35,047 nucleotides of DNA, taken from Catajapyx aquilonaris (taxonomy: Eukaryota). Every line of letters begins with the position of its first letter. Position 1 is the first letter of the stretch. The notes below the pieces were generated by a model. That model was not told where the DNA came from and searched no databases. It was given only the letters and a program-made list of their open reading frames with translations. The DNA lies in contig JYFJ02004131.1 in the NCBI GenBank assembly GCA_000934665.2, forward strand, positions 1-35,047, read 5' to 3'. Both the position numbers and the translations under genes were made by a program. Shown one piece after another: positions 1-12,162 of the stretch.

Positions 1-500
1 GGGGGGGGGTAGGGGATAATTAGAATGGCTGCTGGACATCTGCCAATAACAGTGGAGGCGGATTGTGGGCAAGTTAATCGGATAATCGTTAGCTACTGGT
101 GTGAACATGTTTTTGTTGTGGAGCAAATTACCGAATTTGCCAGTTTTTAGCTGAAGAAATTTTATGGAAAATTGCCGAGCCGAGTGGTCAAGCCACGTGA
201 ATATAATTAGCACCTGAAGAGTGCAATTACAGGTCATTTGTGTCAAAGTGGTTACTATATTAGTTATTACATAATGCTAGTAAGGCGATTTTCACAAAAT
301 AAATTCTTATAATGATGATAATGTCTATTTTTTAAAATATCCAGCACTAATATTAGTAGGGTGTTTATAAGTTTTTGATAACTAGTTACTACATACGATC
401 TTATCAAATTCAAGCTATATCAAAGCTGCTTTTTAAAACATTTGGCTATTTTCACTTCTGAAAATTTCGTCCTTCGTGTTTTCTGTTCCACGTACGATTG

Positions 501-3500
501 TCACGAACATGGGCATGAAGAGAATCGGTATTTAGTTAGTGGAGATGAGCAGTGAGAGCGCTGCGATGCTGACCTGGAGCAATCGAAATCTCCTTTCCTG
601 CAGCCGCAGTCCTGCCATCTCTCGTCCGACTTATCCGCGCAGTCCAAGCGATCGTCGCACAACTTTTGCGGCGCCCAACTGCGAAGTCGATCAGCGCATG
701 TCAGATTGCCTGCGATGTCGCAAGTACGGCTGTTCCTGCAACCTACACAATAATTTTATGAACGTCAAGAAAATACACCGAGAGTAATTATGTTTCGAAT
801 AACTTCATATGGAATAGTTTAAAGTTTGACAGAATGGTGGTAATCCACCCCCCTATGAACCCTTATCGCGGGGCAATAGGAAAAAAAAAGTTAAAGTTCG
901 TTATCCTTCCTGCTAGGCTTCTCCTTCATACAAGAGAGGCTGAAGGGTAGCCCTCTACAGTCAGGATAACCTTGTCTTACCACAGTGGTCACCATGCGCA
1001 TTGTTGCACTTGTGGGCTTCCTTCCCACACACTGTTTCGTCTATCGGATCGAAACAGTCAGGTATGCCGTCGCACATTTTCGTTAGCGGTATGTCGTCTC
1101 CAAGAGGACACTGGAAACCGGTGCTTGGCGGTGGGGGTATCGGAACCAGGTGCGATCCTGGAAGAAGTGGCCATTGTTGTATACAGTGTATTATCATGAC
1201 AAGCATTTACCTTTAGCATGATCGAGCTGCTGTTCCAAATCGCGAAGATTGGGAAACAGGACATGTTTTCCGTCGGACAGGACATCGCATGGTCCGTTTG
1301 GTAGGTAGAACAACGCTGCGGCGTGCCATATTTGCTCCTGGTCTGTACACACGATTGCACCCGACCAGGCTGGGCTTTTCTGTGAGGACAGGAGGAGGTA
1401 TAAGTCTAGGATATGTTTTACTTCGAGAGTACATACAGTGCAGTCTATGTCACCCGCCGAGACGCAGAGGTCATTTCCGGAACATTCGGAGTCGACGTCC
1501 ACCTTAATTGTGGTTAATCTTTGCAGGCCTTGATGAGGTAGGAATCCGGTCATGTAACAGGAGTCAAAAGAGGCCGCGTTGTAATTTCTACAAGAACAAT
1601 GTGTGCGATTATTTTATGACGAAAAATACATTGTTGGACATACCCTTTGGTGAGACAGATGGGGCTGACATTTTCGGTCGGAGAGACTGCAATGTCTAAT
1701 CGGAGCAAAAGTGTGTCGTAATCCGGCACATGGTAGACGTAGTCGATACGACGGATCTGATGGTACGGAGTGTCGAAGAGTATCTCCCAGCTTCCGAACA
1801 ATGCCGACACGTAGTCATCCTTCAAGCTTTAAGAAAATTGTTATCAATGTAAAGTTAGAGTAGAATAGCACACATTGTACGTCTCTTACTTGATGCTGAG
1901 GAAGCATTGCTTGGGTGCCATGACCCATCGCAGGTCAACGAGAGTTGCACCGCAGAAGAATCTTCCTGATCGGAAAAGTGCCACGAACCAAGGGTTTGAT
2001 CCAGGGCCTTCCAGTGATGAAAATCCGGATTTTATCTTGGCATACAGTGGTTTTATGCCGCATTGTATGTTTCCGTCGCAATTGATGCGAACATTGAAGC
2101 AATTACGGGGACCTGTATGAATAACATGACAGGTTAAGAGACTGTACGGTGATAGTGGCGATTGGTGGCATACCTTGATGTTCTCGGAACAGTGGAACGT
2201 TAAGCTTGGTGTTGTAATTGAGTCTTAAGTTTATGGATAGAGCTCTTGCCGATGGTGGTAAAACGCTAACATGAGTTCTGGGAGGGCCGTTTAAAAACAC
2301 TTCCGATGCACTGCCTCTGTAATGAAAAGGTCGGAATGACAATTTGTTGCTCATACAATCATGATGTAAGTTGCAATCACTTGAAAGAGTGTTGTGACAC
2401 TCTGTATGTTATTGCATCAAACGACGTATTGCATCGGAATGCTGGTTTGAATAGACGGAACTATGATAAAACAATATCTAAAGGAGTGATGTACAAGTAA
2501 TAGCTGACTTATTTGGTATTAGGTGCTGCTCTGTTACTGTCCTTTGCTCAAGGGCATGCACTTTTGCACTGTGATATCTTCGCGGGTGACTATCATCCAC
2601 TATAGGTTATCAGATTAGCCGTCAATGTGAAAAAGTAGTGAAAAAAACTAGGAAACTACCTGTATGATAAGGAACTACAAACAACTTCAGACATGCGAGG
2701 TGCCCAATCATCCGGATAAGCACAGAATGGTATCCACGTTCCTTGAGAATTGGTGACTAAAGTGCCCGAAGATTCCGTGATAGGTTTGCCTTCGCGGTCT
2801 AGATGAACTTCTGACGAAACTAGTGCCACTGATAAGATCAAAAAGGTTTTAGAAAGATATAAAGGTCAATGAGTAATCTTCCATATTTACCGCAATAATT
2901 TTCGTCTTCTCCCATATGGCAATCCTTCACAGAATCACAAATGGACGACTCATTTATGCACATACGACTCAGAGGACAGTATCGTTGTTGATCTGAAGGA
3001 CAGTAGTCTGAAAGGACCAGGACAAACAGTCAACATAGTTATGTTGGGTGTCATATTCGACATAGAGGCACAGTTCCAGATATTAACACTCCTTACTACA
3101 ATCCATTTCATCGCTGTAGTCCCAGCAGTGGAATATACCATCACAGAGACTTTCTGGTCGAATCCTCTGAAGGTAATCGCTACACCGACAATCACGTTCG
3201 TCGCTTGCTTCAGGGCAATCCTGATGAAGGTCGCATGTTTTGGAAACCGGTATGCAATTCCAGTTCCTGAAACCCATCAGAAGTTGACGTATATGTTGCA
3301 AGTAAGCTCCAGAGTTAACTTACTGGCTGCACAAGAATTCGTCTTCTGCACACGACGGCGAGGTCACCGGATTGGAGTGTAGGTTGCTCGATTCTTGCCA
3401 GGAGATTGGATCGTCCAATGAGGTCTCCTTGTCCTTCCTGTCTTCGGGATCGCAGCCGGTCTCGTCCTGTCCGTTCATGCAGTCGACAATGCCGTCGCAC

Positions 3501-6101
3501 ATCATGTGCGGGAACAAGCATAGGCCTGCTCCTCGACGGCAGGTAGTTCCTGGGCATGTAGTCAGTGGCTTCCTCATTGGCAGGATTAAGCTCTCTGAAA
3601 GCAAAAAATGTGTTGGCACATGGTACATATTCAAAAATCACATAACATACTGAGCTTGCTCTCTATCCAAGGAAGATATTTGGAAACCCGGGTGTACACT
3701 CCTGGTTGTCCTGCTCGTGCGCAACCTTTTCCGTGGCTGACAATTCCAGCCAAGTACCAGCTGATCGTACTGTTGCTAACCCTGCAACAAACACGCAAGT
3801 ACAGTATGTTCAAGAGTACTGTACAGCTTAGCTTCAAACCTGCAAAGAAGCGGTCCTCCACTGTCACCCTGGCAGGCATCACGACCACCTTCTGGGAACC
3901 CAGCACATATCTGCAGCTCGTCATCATTGTAGCTCTCCCTGCAGTGTTGCACCACCTGCACCTTCACTTCTTGCAAGTTGTCCACTGTGTTTGAAAGAGC
4001 CAATAAATATTATAGTGTACAATGTGAGTACACCCAGCAAGTAGCGTACCGTCCGATTCGGTCTCTCCAAGCGCGCCCCATCCCATAACGGTGCAGTTTT
4101 CTCCCTGCACCGGTCCTTCCGTGGTCTGGGGAGGACATGCCGAAGAGGTCCATCGGCTCATCTGTAAGGGCTTGTCCAGCCGAACTAAGGCGATGTCGTG
4201 TCGGAGGTACAGGGCGTCGAAGGACTCGTGGATGACGATGTTGGTCACCACCCTCGTCTGCTCCTGAGGCGAGTAGGACAATCTGCGGAGGTTGCCCGAT
4301 TGGACTTCGTAGTAGTAGCTTTCGAATCTGAAAACACAACATAATATTGCTCATAGTCATAATGTTACAGATACTAATGATAGCATTTTGTAGAATAGTT
4401 GAACCTTGTGAAGCAGTGCCCTGCGGATATGATCCATCGACGGTTGAGAATAGTGGCACCGCAGTGGAAGGTACCGTTGCGATAGATGACCACCACAAAA
4501 GGCCAAGCACCTGCATTGCTGTCGTGTCCACCAACAATGCGCCTAAAATATGGTCATTTTACAGCCCTGCACTTTGCTATTTTCAAGTGACTTTAAAACA
4601 ACAACTTAATTTATTAATTAACAGTTTACATTTTGGTGGAGTCCTGAACTGACAACTGGGCCACACCACTGTCGCTGTGGATAAGACTATCATTACATGA
4701 GTTTAAAAAAATTAATGCTATACTCTAATGGGGATGTAGAAATCTTATAAAAGGACATACCCTCCAAGTGCAGGTCGTCCACAAGCAGGAGGAGGACATG
4801 TCATATGAACAAAGTATCCCGACTCGCATGGTCCGACGATTCCGTCAGCTTTTGCTATTGGCCCCTCGTAGTCTCCAACAGGTACTTTCGTGATTTGCGG
4901 TTCTCTGAGAGGCAAGTAAAACTTACAACTCAATCATAAAGTACGGAATAGGCAGGACACAATTTTCCGAAACATCTTGCCATGTCGTACCTGTTGAGTG
5001 GACCTATCAGCGTGCGGCAAAGTCTGCGAGCTATGATTTTATACGAAGTGTTGGTATAGCACACAGGGTACCACTGTCCCCGTACATTGCGCTCCAAGTA
5101 ACCGGTCGATTGAATCCGACGGAAAAACTGGAAAGTTATGCAGCGGTTTTTATTCACCACATGTGTCACTGTGTATCCAAGTACCTTTTGTGGGGTTGCA
5201 TCAGGAGATATCGAAAAGCAAAAGTTTTCGTCGCTCCCACTGTCGCAGTCCTTGTGGTTGTCGCAAATCTGATCTGCAGTCACGCATTCAGAATCAGCTT
5301 TTCTTTGTTGCAATGGGATCTTCCTCCTGATGCATTTGAACGCTCCTTCTCTGCAACCTGCATGTAATTTATTACAAATATTGGCTACATTGTAATCTGA
5401 TAAGGTGTTTTACCGAAGCATCCACTCTCGTCGCTTCGATCGGGACAATCGGCGTACCCATCGCATCGTCGCCTTTGTCCGACCCTTTCAGCACAGGTGC
5501 AGTTCAATTCGTCACTAGCGTCGTTGCAATGTACGACACTGTCACACCGCTGACTCACCTCCAGACACGCCGAGTTGTCCGGACAGCGGATGGTATTTTC
5601 AGGGCATGCAACTTCATTACAAATATAATATTACTTCGGGTATAACACACTAGTGTAATACATACCGACTTTTGCACCTGAGTTGTCAGGTTTATTATTT
5701 TTGCGAATATTTTCTAAAGCAGGTCTGGCTTCGACCCCGTTGGTCTCTCGAGATGATATGTCCGGTGTTGATGGTGCCAATGCCTCGAACTGTGGCCACG
5801 GACTTCTTTCGATTCCAGGCAGCCATTGGAACCGAGGGTTTCCTTCTCTGCTTCCAGTCGGAAAATAGTGTCCCGGATCCTGATTTTGTTGTGACACGCT
5901 GCATAGTGCCAGAACTGTAAATATGCATTGTCGTCCAATTTAGTTTACTATTGGCGAAGGTACCCAGAGACCAAGGAAAACCAGCACTAATCATCAAGAG
6001 TGATTGTTACTTATTTCTCTCTATACTGATGATTATTTATCTGTAATTATAATTTAATTTATTAGTGACTTACCTGCAAGGAAAGTGTAAATGTGTCCCA
6101 T
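501..6101 (-). CDS. ndl: Nudel-like modular serine protease (ovarian serine protease), 22 coding exons, ~1238 aa; both ends less certain
   Basis: GT-AG exon chain with all phases matching: 6101-6074, 5914-5666, 5611-5414, 5357-5185, 5127-4991, 4904-4761, 4542-4405, 4327-4050, 3984-3840, 3781-3651, 3594-3324, 3266-3097, 3007-2891, 2828-2660, 2589-2509, 2316-2174, 2112-1890, 1826-1644, 1587-1437, 1379-1211, 1157-981, 742-501. Encodes LDLa repeats ([29 protein letters not shown]), activation site R|IVGG, triad SAGHC / HDIAL / GDSGG, nudel-type [11 protein letters not shown] motif, more LDLa repeats, a second protease-like domain with APKQC in place of AAHC, and further LDLa repeats. The last exon stops within an LDLa repeat and has a possible donor near 583, so the gene may continue left of the window. 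Confidence 0.88.
900..970. repeat. Imperfect ~70-nt intronic hairpin
   Basis: GTTATCCT..GGCTTCTCCTTCA pairs with TGAAGGGTAGCC..AGGATAAC; lies in nudel intron 743-980. Confidence 0.45.
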
Positions 6102-6668
6102 TGTGCATCGATGACTGAAGGTGATGAATGCATTGCCCCAACGAGTACATCGCGGTGGTATTTGCTGACAGGTATGCAAAGCAGAGAATGTAAACAGCGC
6201 AAGGATTCCATGTCAATCATTGATCTTGCTATTTGTAATCATGCTGCATTCAGCATTTTACTCTTTGTCGCTAATTTAACACACACGATATGAGAATAAT
6301 GCTGGACTTGACATCATTGTCAGTGGAATTCAGGGACGATACGGAATCTGTAGAAAGAGACAATCTTAGTTCAGATATTATTGTTTAGTGCACAATCCTA
6401 TATGGATGACTGCCGCACGAATGCGTCAGATATTATTATCCACATAGCGCCCATTCTCACTAAAACAATGAGCATTAATTCATTCTGGAAACCGCTTATC
6501 TCATTATTATTTCCGCTTAAATATGGAGCCGACACTGCTGTTCTCCACGCTTCTTGCTGACTTGAAACTAATACTACTGCATTCTCGTCAGGTCTCAGGT
6601 ATTCGCTGTGTTTTGCCACCTCTTATATTTTTTGACTAATAATTACTGTATTTATTTCAGACTCAATC

Positions 6669-6980
6669 ATGAACATGTGGATACTTTTTGTTGGGGCATT
6701 GTCCCTTCTGATTTCCACCACATCCGGATCTCCCAACATGGAGGCAATGATGAACCACGAGATGGCGTGTCCCACGGTGGTCAAATGCGAGCTGGATCCT
6801 CTCCAGAAGTTGGAACACGTCTTTCCTCATCCAGGAAGATGCACGTGCTACTGCTCATGCGATGGAAAGAGCGAGACCCCCATCTGGAAGCATTGTCCTG
6901 AAGGACTGCACTTTAGCCGTACCTTGAAGGAATGCGTGTCACCAGAGGAAGCCGATTGTCAGCTCTACATCAGCCAGTAG
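6669..6980 (+). CDS. Secreted single-domain peritrophin-like chitin-binding protein (CBM14/ChtBD2), 103 aa
   Basis: Signal peptide [20 protein letters not shown]; motif FPHPGRCTCYCSC...CPEGLHFSRTLKECVSPEEADC; 5'UTR intron 6599-6660 (CAG|GTATTC ... TTTCAG) just before the ATG. Confidence 0.85.
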   Translation: MNMWILFVGALSLLISTTSGSPNMEAMMNHEMACPTVVKCELDPLQKLEHVFPHPGRCTCYCSCDGKSETPIWKHCPEGLHFSRTLKECVSPEEADCQLYISQ

Positions 6981-7785
6981 TCATGTATAGGATGTTGCCC
7001 AACAAGCCTCAAGCATAACATTGGGAAATTGAATGTGGTATGTTTAGATGTCAGGGAAGTAACACCGGGCCTATTGTGATCTTTATTTATTTAGTTATTT
7101 ACATATTTATTTGAGATGGCATATATGATAGAATTTATAGCTGATGTGTCTTGCAGTTAAAACCAAATATGTAATGAGATACATCGGGTACCAGGAAAGT
7201 GCCAACACAATCAACATTATAGTTGGAGTAGGGTTAGTAGGTGTTTTTTTTTTGCACATGTAGGCTACTGCTTATAATTAGTTGTAGTTGTAGTTGTGTG
7301 GCAAGCGTGTCGTGGATAGTTTCTCTGATCTTGAATGAGCAACTCGCCTGCCCCATATGGGTTATAGTACAAATACTTTTATTGCCTCTCAGTATGCTCA
7401 GTCAAGTGTTGAATTAAGTTAAATGTCTATGGTTTGGAAAATAACAATATAAGTTAATATTGGCTGCGCCTTACTGATTCAAATAATTCTTTTGCCTTTC
7501 TGCACTCCTATTGTATTTCAAGACATGTATGTAATTACTTCTATACCTGTTGCTGTATAATTACCATTGTTTAAAAAGTAATATTATTGTTGAAAATATG
7601 CATATACTGCTCTATGTTATGCAAGATACATAATGCTTATTTAATTATTTATTTGCGGCATAAGATGACAACGATATGTTATTACATACACCTGTACATC
7701 ACCAAATAAATACCTATAATGAACAAGCATGCTGACTTTATTGACACCTCATGTAACCAACAAGTGGCAATGTGACATTACTGAA

Positions 7786-8724
7786 TCAGTACAAACTGAA
7801 AACATGGTGGGAGTTACATGGAGAATAGTCGCAATTGTTGTTAGTCGTGTCGAACACCAAATTGGCAGCGCAGGTGAACTTGTAGGCCGTACCATGACTG
7901 CACATGCAGTACGAATGGCAATCCCCAGGGAACGGGAAGAAGACGGGGGTTCCGGTGTCATCAGGAGGACATCTGGACGACACAGTCTTGTCGCACTTCT
8001 GCCCTTCGAAGACGATGTCATCTGGAATGTTGGCCCGTCCAGTGTTGCAAGGGTACTCATCCGGATGCACGCACACGTTCAGGTCAGGGTCGAATACGAG
8101 GTCACCAGGGCACTTCAGCTCGTAGGCCTTCCCTCCGCTGCACTCGCAGAACTTGTGGCAGTCGGTGGGGTCAGCCAGGTACTTCGGAGGGGTGGGGTCA
8201 ACCAAGGGGCAGTCGCTGGACACATCCTGGCTGCACTGCTTGGAGTCTGGACCCACACAGACGTCCTTGGTCAGGTCAAAGATCAGGTCACCTGGGCATG
8301 TCTGCTCCCAGGCTGCCCCGTTGCTGCACACGCAGAATCGGTGGTTGTCCCCTGGGTATGGGAAGTATACCGGGGTCGTGGGGTCATCCTTGGGACACTG
8401 GTTGCTGATCTCGGCTGGACACTGCTTGCTGGAGCTGACCACCATCCTGGACGGTGGCATGGGCCTGTCGCCGCAGTTCACGTCCTGGGGGTAGTCGCAG
8501 ACCTTAAGCTGGGTGTTGTAGAGGAGACCCTTGGGGCAGGGGATGAAGAAGGCCAAACCGCCCTCGCATTTGCAGAAGGCGCCACAATTGTCTGGGTCTG
8601 GAAGCTGGATCACGTCGGTTGAGTTGGTCACTGGACAGTCCACTGACGAGGGGCAGTATTGGGGGGCAGAGGCCAAAGTGGCGCTCACCAGGCACAGGAC
8701 AGATAGAGCAGTGTACACTTTCAT
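7786..8724 (-). CDS. Secreted peritrophin-like protein with 4 CBM14 repeats, 312 aa
   Basis: Signal peptide MKVYTALSVLCLVSATLA; four repeats of C-x5/7-CP...PDP/PYP.DC..FCxCS.G.A....CP..L.F......C; intronless CDS; acceptor at ~8733; reverse AATAAA at ~7737. Confidence 0.92.
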   Translation of the reverse strand: MKVYTALSVLCLVSATLASAPQYCPSSVDCPVTNSTDVIQLPDPDNCGAFCKCEGGLAFFIPCPKGLLYNTQLKVCDYPQDVNCGDRPMPPSRMVVSSSKQCPAEISNQCPKDDPTTPVYFPYPGDNHRFCVCSNGAAWEQTCPGDLIFDLTKDVCVGPDSKQCSQDVSSDCPLVDPTPPKYLADPTDCHKFCECSGGKAYELKCPGDLVFDPDLNVCVHPDEYPCNTGRANIPDDIVFEGQKCDKTVSSRCPPDDTGTPVFFPFPGDCHSYCMCSHGTAYKFTCAANLVFDTTNNNCDYSPCNSHHVFSLY

Positions 8725-9257
8725 CGTGTTCTCTGGAAAAAAAAGGAAGGTCGTTCATTCATCTATGATACACAACCTCATATATAAATATTATGTCAAT
8801 ATATTAATAGAGTCATATGGCAGGTGGTCAAGTGCAAACAAGCTTTTATCAGATGTGCCATAGGCCTATTGTTGTTTTTATTATGACTTTCCTTATTGGA
8901 GAGTTTAGAGAAGTCAGGTAGATTTCATGCAGTTAGCACAAATTAACTTCACACTGTAATGGCAATGCTGTCCAATAAGAGTAAGACATGACTTTGATTT
9001 TGCTAATGTGTTAATGAGGACATAAATCATTCTTACGTTCGATAAGAAGAGTGAAGAGTCTTATTACCAAATCACTTTAGTCATAATCCATGGGCTTTAG
9101 ATATTATGATATCAGTAGTAAGATATTCTCAGTGGAACCAATGAGGAAACTTTTATCCTAAAATCACAATATATCGTAACAACTTGCTCTCACCTGTTAA
9201 ACCTGCTCCTTCCAAATCCAATTCCGCAAAGAGACAGCGAAATATCTCACCCTTTGT

Positions 9258-9264
9258 TTTTATA
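9258..9264 (-). promoter_or_regulatory. Putative TATA box of the 7786-8724 gene
   Basis: TATAAAA on the minus strand, ~65 bp upstream of a CAG|GTGAGA donor at 9193 that would close a short non-coding exon 1. Confidence 0.55.
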
Positions 9265-9507
9265 GGTCAGCAATAGCTGGATAAATAAAATGGCGATACT
9301 GATAACACACGGCAATGACGGCATGTCTTTAGATCTAATTCAAGTATTGAGCGATTAAACGAACATCACTTTTCAATTAAACGATATCGTCGGTGCATTG
9401 CTTAAACATTCGTATGGCGCCTGATTGCCTCATGCAAGATACAGCAATACTTACTATAAGTAATTACCCGAAAGGAAACTTTGACCTGTCACCTGTATAA
9501 ACTGAAG

Positions 9508-9661
9508 TGCATTGATAATTTATTATATTGATGTACTGACGCAAAGGGAAGGAAATGCCGAGCTGCTGGACAAACAAGTGTTTCTCAATGGGGCTTGTTT
9601 GTCCAGCTCAGCATTTGCTTCCATTTGCGTCAGGGCATCAATATAATAAATTATCAATGCA
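9508..9661. mobile_element. Palindromic MITE-like element, 154 bp
   Basis: Perfect 26-bp TIR TGCATTGATAATTTATTATATTGATG / CATCAATATAATAAATTATCAATGCA; pairing continues inward (CTGACGCAAA, GCTGGACAAACAAG). Confidence 0.8.
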
Positions 9662-11026
9662 TGTAAGTGACAGGAATGTGAGCTAGCAATATATTTCAAT
9701 AACCTTGCTTTGTATTTAGCAAGCTCTCCGTTAGAGTATTAGAGGAAGAAGTAATAAGGATTGTTTGGCATATATTTATTATTAAACTGGTACTGATATG
9801 TAGTTGGTCAGATTGTACAAGTAGATAGCGGCACAATTATTTTTATTGGACAAGTGGAATGAAATTATTGTGCTTAATGACGTTATTTTCTTTTTGAGGA
9901 TGCCGTCTCCAATCATTACTAATCCCTGCCCTCCATCCGTGTGACAAGATGATTGACAGACATTTCCTCACTCCGTTGTCCTTTGCCTTATCAATGACGT
10001 TATCGTTTGCCCTTCCTTCTCCTTGATAACACGCTGGGACCAACAGTGTTCATGTTACATAGAGAAGTACAACAATAATAATTTATTGAATGAGCGACCT
10101 TCTGGAAGAATAAGTATTAATATGATATGATAGTATTATGAGCAAATTATGGGACAGAATATTATTATTATATTAGCCTATATATTAGCAGTAACCAGGA
10201 GCTACAAATTCTTGCAGCATACAATACAATCATGATCTTCTGGTTATTTTGAAAGCATTATTTATTATGCATTAATTTACTATACTGTACTTATTACACG
10301 TATTATGAAAGATGTGGTAAAGTGTTGATGTTTGTTCGAGCAAGTTATGCGTTTAATAAAGTGGACATGCTATCAGTATTGAAGTATTAACTCTACGGTG
10401 ATACGATGTGACAGATATTGATAGATTATTGAGTAAAATGATAAGAAATACTGTTACGTAATACTGCAGGTACACAATTGCAAGTTAATCTAATGCTCCT
10501 AAACTTAGACGTATCTCATGAATGAGTCTCAGCATTTTGGCTGGTACCGGTATTGTGCAAATAAAACGTAGAGAGTTTTGCTGTCCAGGGTCACAGGAAT
10601 CCGGACCTAATTCTCGTTAAAATAGATGCGTCCAATTGCCAGATGCGCGTCTAATCATGTTTAATAGCAGCTAGATATGTTTTTCTGTCACATGCAAGTT
10701 ATGGCCACAATTTTTTTCGAAAGATAGTCCAAGTGGCCTGCTCTTATGACGGTACTTTGATAAAAATCTACAAAATCAGTTTCAAGTATAAAGTGTTTTT
10801 TTTTATTTTTAAAATGTTTTTATGACAAACCAAATGTAACTCTTTGATGTGATAAATTTGTAGCCTATAGTCTGAAACTGATGACTTTTCTGCTGTTAAA
10901 TGCATTTACATTGTGTTGAGGTACAATATTTCGTACAGGAAAAAGACTTGAATCAAAGGCAATGACACTTTATTTTCCATAAATATATCTGACAGACAAT
11001 GTAATTGAAGGCATGACAATATTCAT

Positions 11027-11926
11027 TTATTCTGCTCGGCACTCTGATCCGTCGTCAAATCCGCATGCCTCTAGATCCGGGTGGTAAACAAGTCCTTTTG
11101 AGCAGTACTGTGCATAGGCCACTGCATTGCTGCACTCGCAAAACTGTCGGCAATCTCCAGGGTAAGGGAAGTACACGGGCCTGTACGGGTCGGTGGCCGG
11201 ACACCTGGACGAGACAGAGTCGGGACACCTTCTTCCGAGTCCAACATTGATGCCGCTGTGACAAGGGTAGTCTCCAGGCTGGACACACACGTTTCTGTTA
11301 GGGTCGAACACGAGGTCATCTGGACAGCGCTGGTACCATGCAATTCCTCCGTTGCATTCGCAGAAGGAGTGGCAGTCAGATGGGTCAGGAAGGTACTTGG
11401 GAGGGGTCGGGTCCACAGCTGGACACTCGGCAGACAAAGACGAGTCACACTGTCTGGCGGCTCCGACCTTGCTGGACACTTTTGGCCTCTCGCACGCTGA
11501 CTTCTTCACATCGAAGATCAGGTGGGCTGGACAACACTGCTTCCAGGCTTTGCCTCCGCTGCAGGCGCAATAGCAATGGCCATTGCCGATGGGGAAGTAC
11601 ACAGGGTAGTACTTGTCCGGGTTGGGACACTTAGCCTCAATCTCTGGGGAACACTCCTCAGCTTCCGTTGACTCCACCGTGTCGCAATGGACGTCCTGAG
11701 GGTAGTCGCACACCTCGAGTTTTGGGTTGTAGAGGAGGTTGCCTGGACATTTCATCAGGTAGGCTTTTCCCTCGTAGCACTTGCAGAATGAGGCGCAGTC
11801 ATCAGGGTTTGGGAACTGGACCACATCCTCGGGGTCTTCAGCAGGGCATACCACAGACGAAGGGCAGAAAGCTGACAGGGACTGGCCAACCAGGCCCAGG
11901 ATGACCAATGCGGTCAAGGATTTCAT
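11027..11926 (-). CDS. Secreted peritrophin-like protein with 4 CBM14 repeats, 299 aa
   Basis: True start MKSLTALVILGLVGQSLS follows acceptor TTCTTTCTCAG (~11935); four Cys-rich repeats paralogous to 7786-8724; reverse AATAAA at ~10968. Confidence 0.92.
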   Translation of the reverse strand: MKSLTALVILGLVGQSLSAFCPSSVVCPAEDPEDVVQFPNPDDCASFCKCYEGKAYLMKCPGNLLYNPKLEVCDYPQDVHCDTVESTEAEECSPEIEAKCPNPDKYYPVYFPIGNGHCYCACSGGKAWKQCCPAHLIFDVKKSACERPKVSSKVGAARQCDSSLSAECPAVDPTPPKYLPDPSDCHSFCECNGGIAWYQRCPDDLVFDPNRNVCVQPGDYPCHSGINVGLGRRCPDSVSSRCPATDPYRPVYFPYPGDCRQFCECSNAVAYAQYCSKGLVYHPDLEACGFDDGSECRAE

Positions 11927-12154
11927 AGTTTGGGCTGAGAAAGAAATAATTAATTGAAAGAAAAGTTCACTCAAAAGTTTAATGTGTATAAAAAGTTTTT
12001 AAAATATTTAAATTAAAGTACTAATTTACTCAGAATAATTTAAGAAATAGTTCTGCTGAATATGCTGGCTAGGGTTCTACTTACCTGGAGTGATATAGGC
12101 CTACCCAGTTGGTTGAGCTGATAACTAATGGTTCTGATATTCCTGAGCCTATTG

Positions 12155-12162
12155 TTTTTATA
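12155..12162 (-). promoter_or_regulatory. Putative TATA box of the 11027-11926 gene
   Basis: TATAAAAA on the minus strand, Inr-like TTAGT ~30 bp downstream, donor CAG|GTAAGT at 12084. Confidence 0.6.

Noticed and set aside
2317..2508. Possible extra nudel exon after an acceptor-like site near 2460
   Set aside because: The required frame hits a stop, and the flanking exons join in phase without it
6398..6619. Minus-strand 73-aa ORF as a first nudel exon with a membrane anchor
   Set aside because: GTG start, overlaps the peritrophin 5' region, and I could not build a convincing splice path into 6074-6165
7729..8622. 297-aa plus-strand ORF and similar ORFs opposite the peritrophin and nudel exons
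   Set aside because: Antisense shadows of GC3-rich coding sequence; no recognisable motifs
11927..11974. N-terminal extension MSELFFQLIISFSAQT in the ORF track
   Set aside because: Starts at TTG and lies mostly in the intron's pyrimidine tract; the signal peptide starts at 11926
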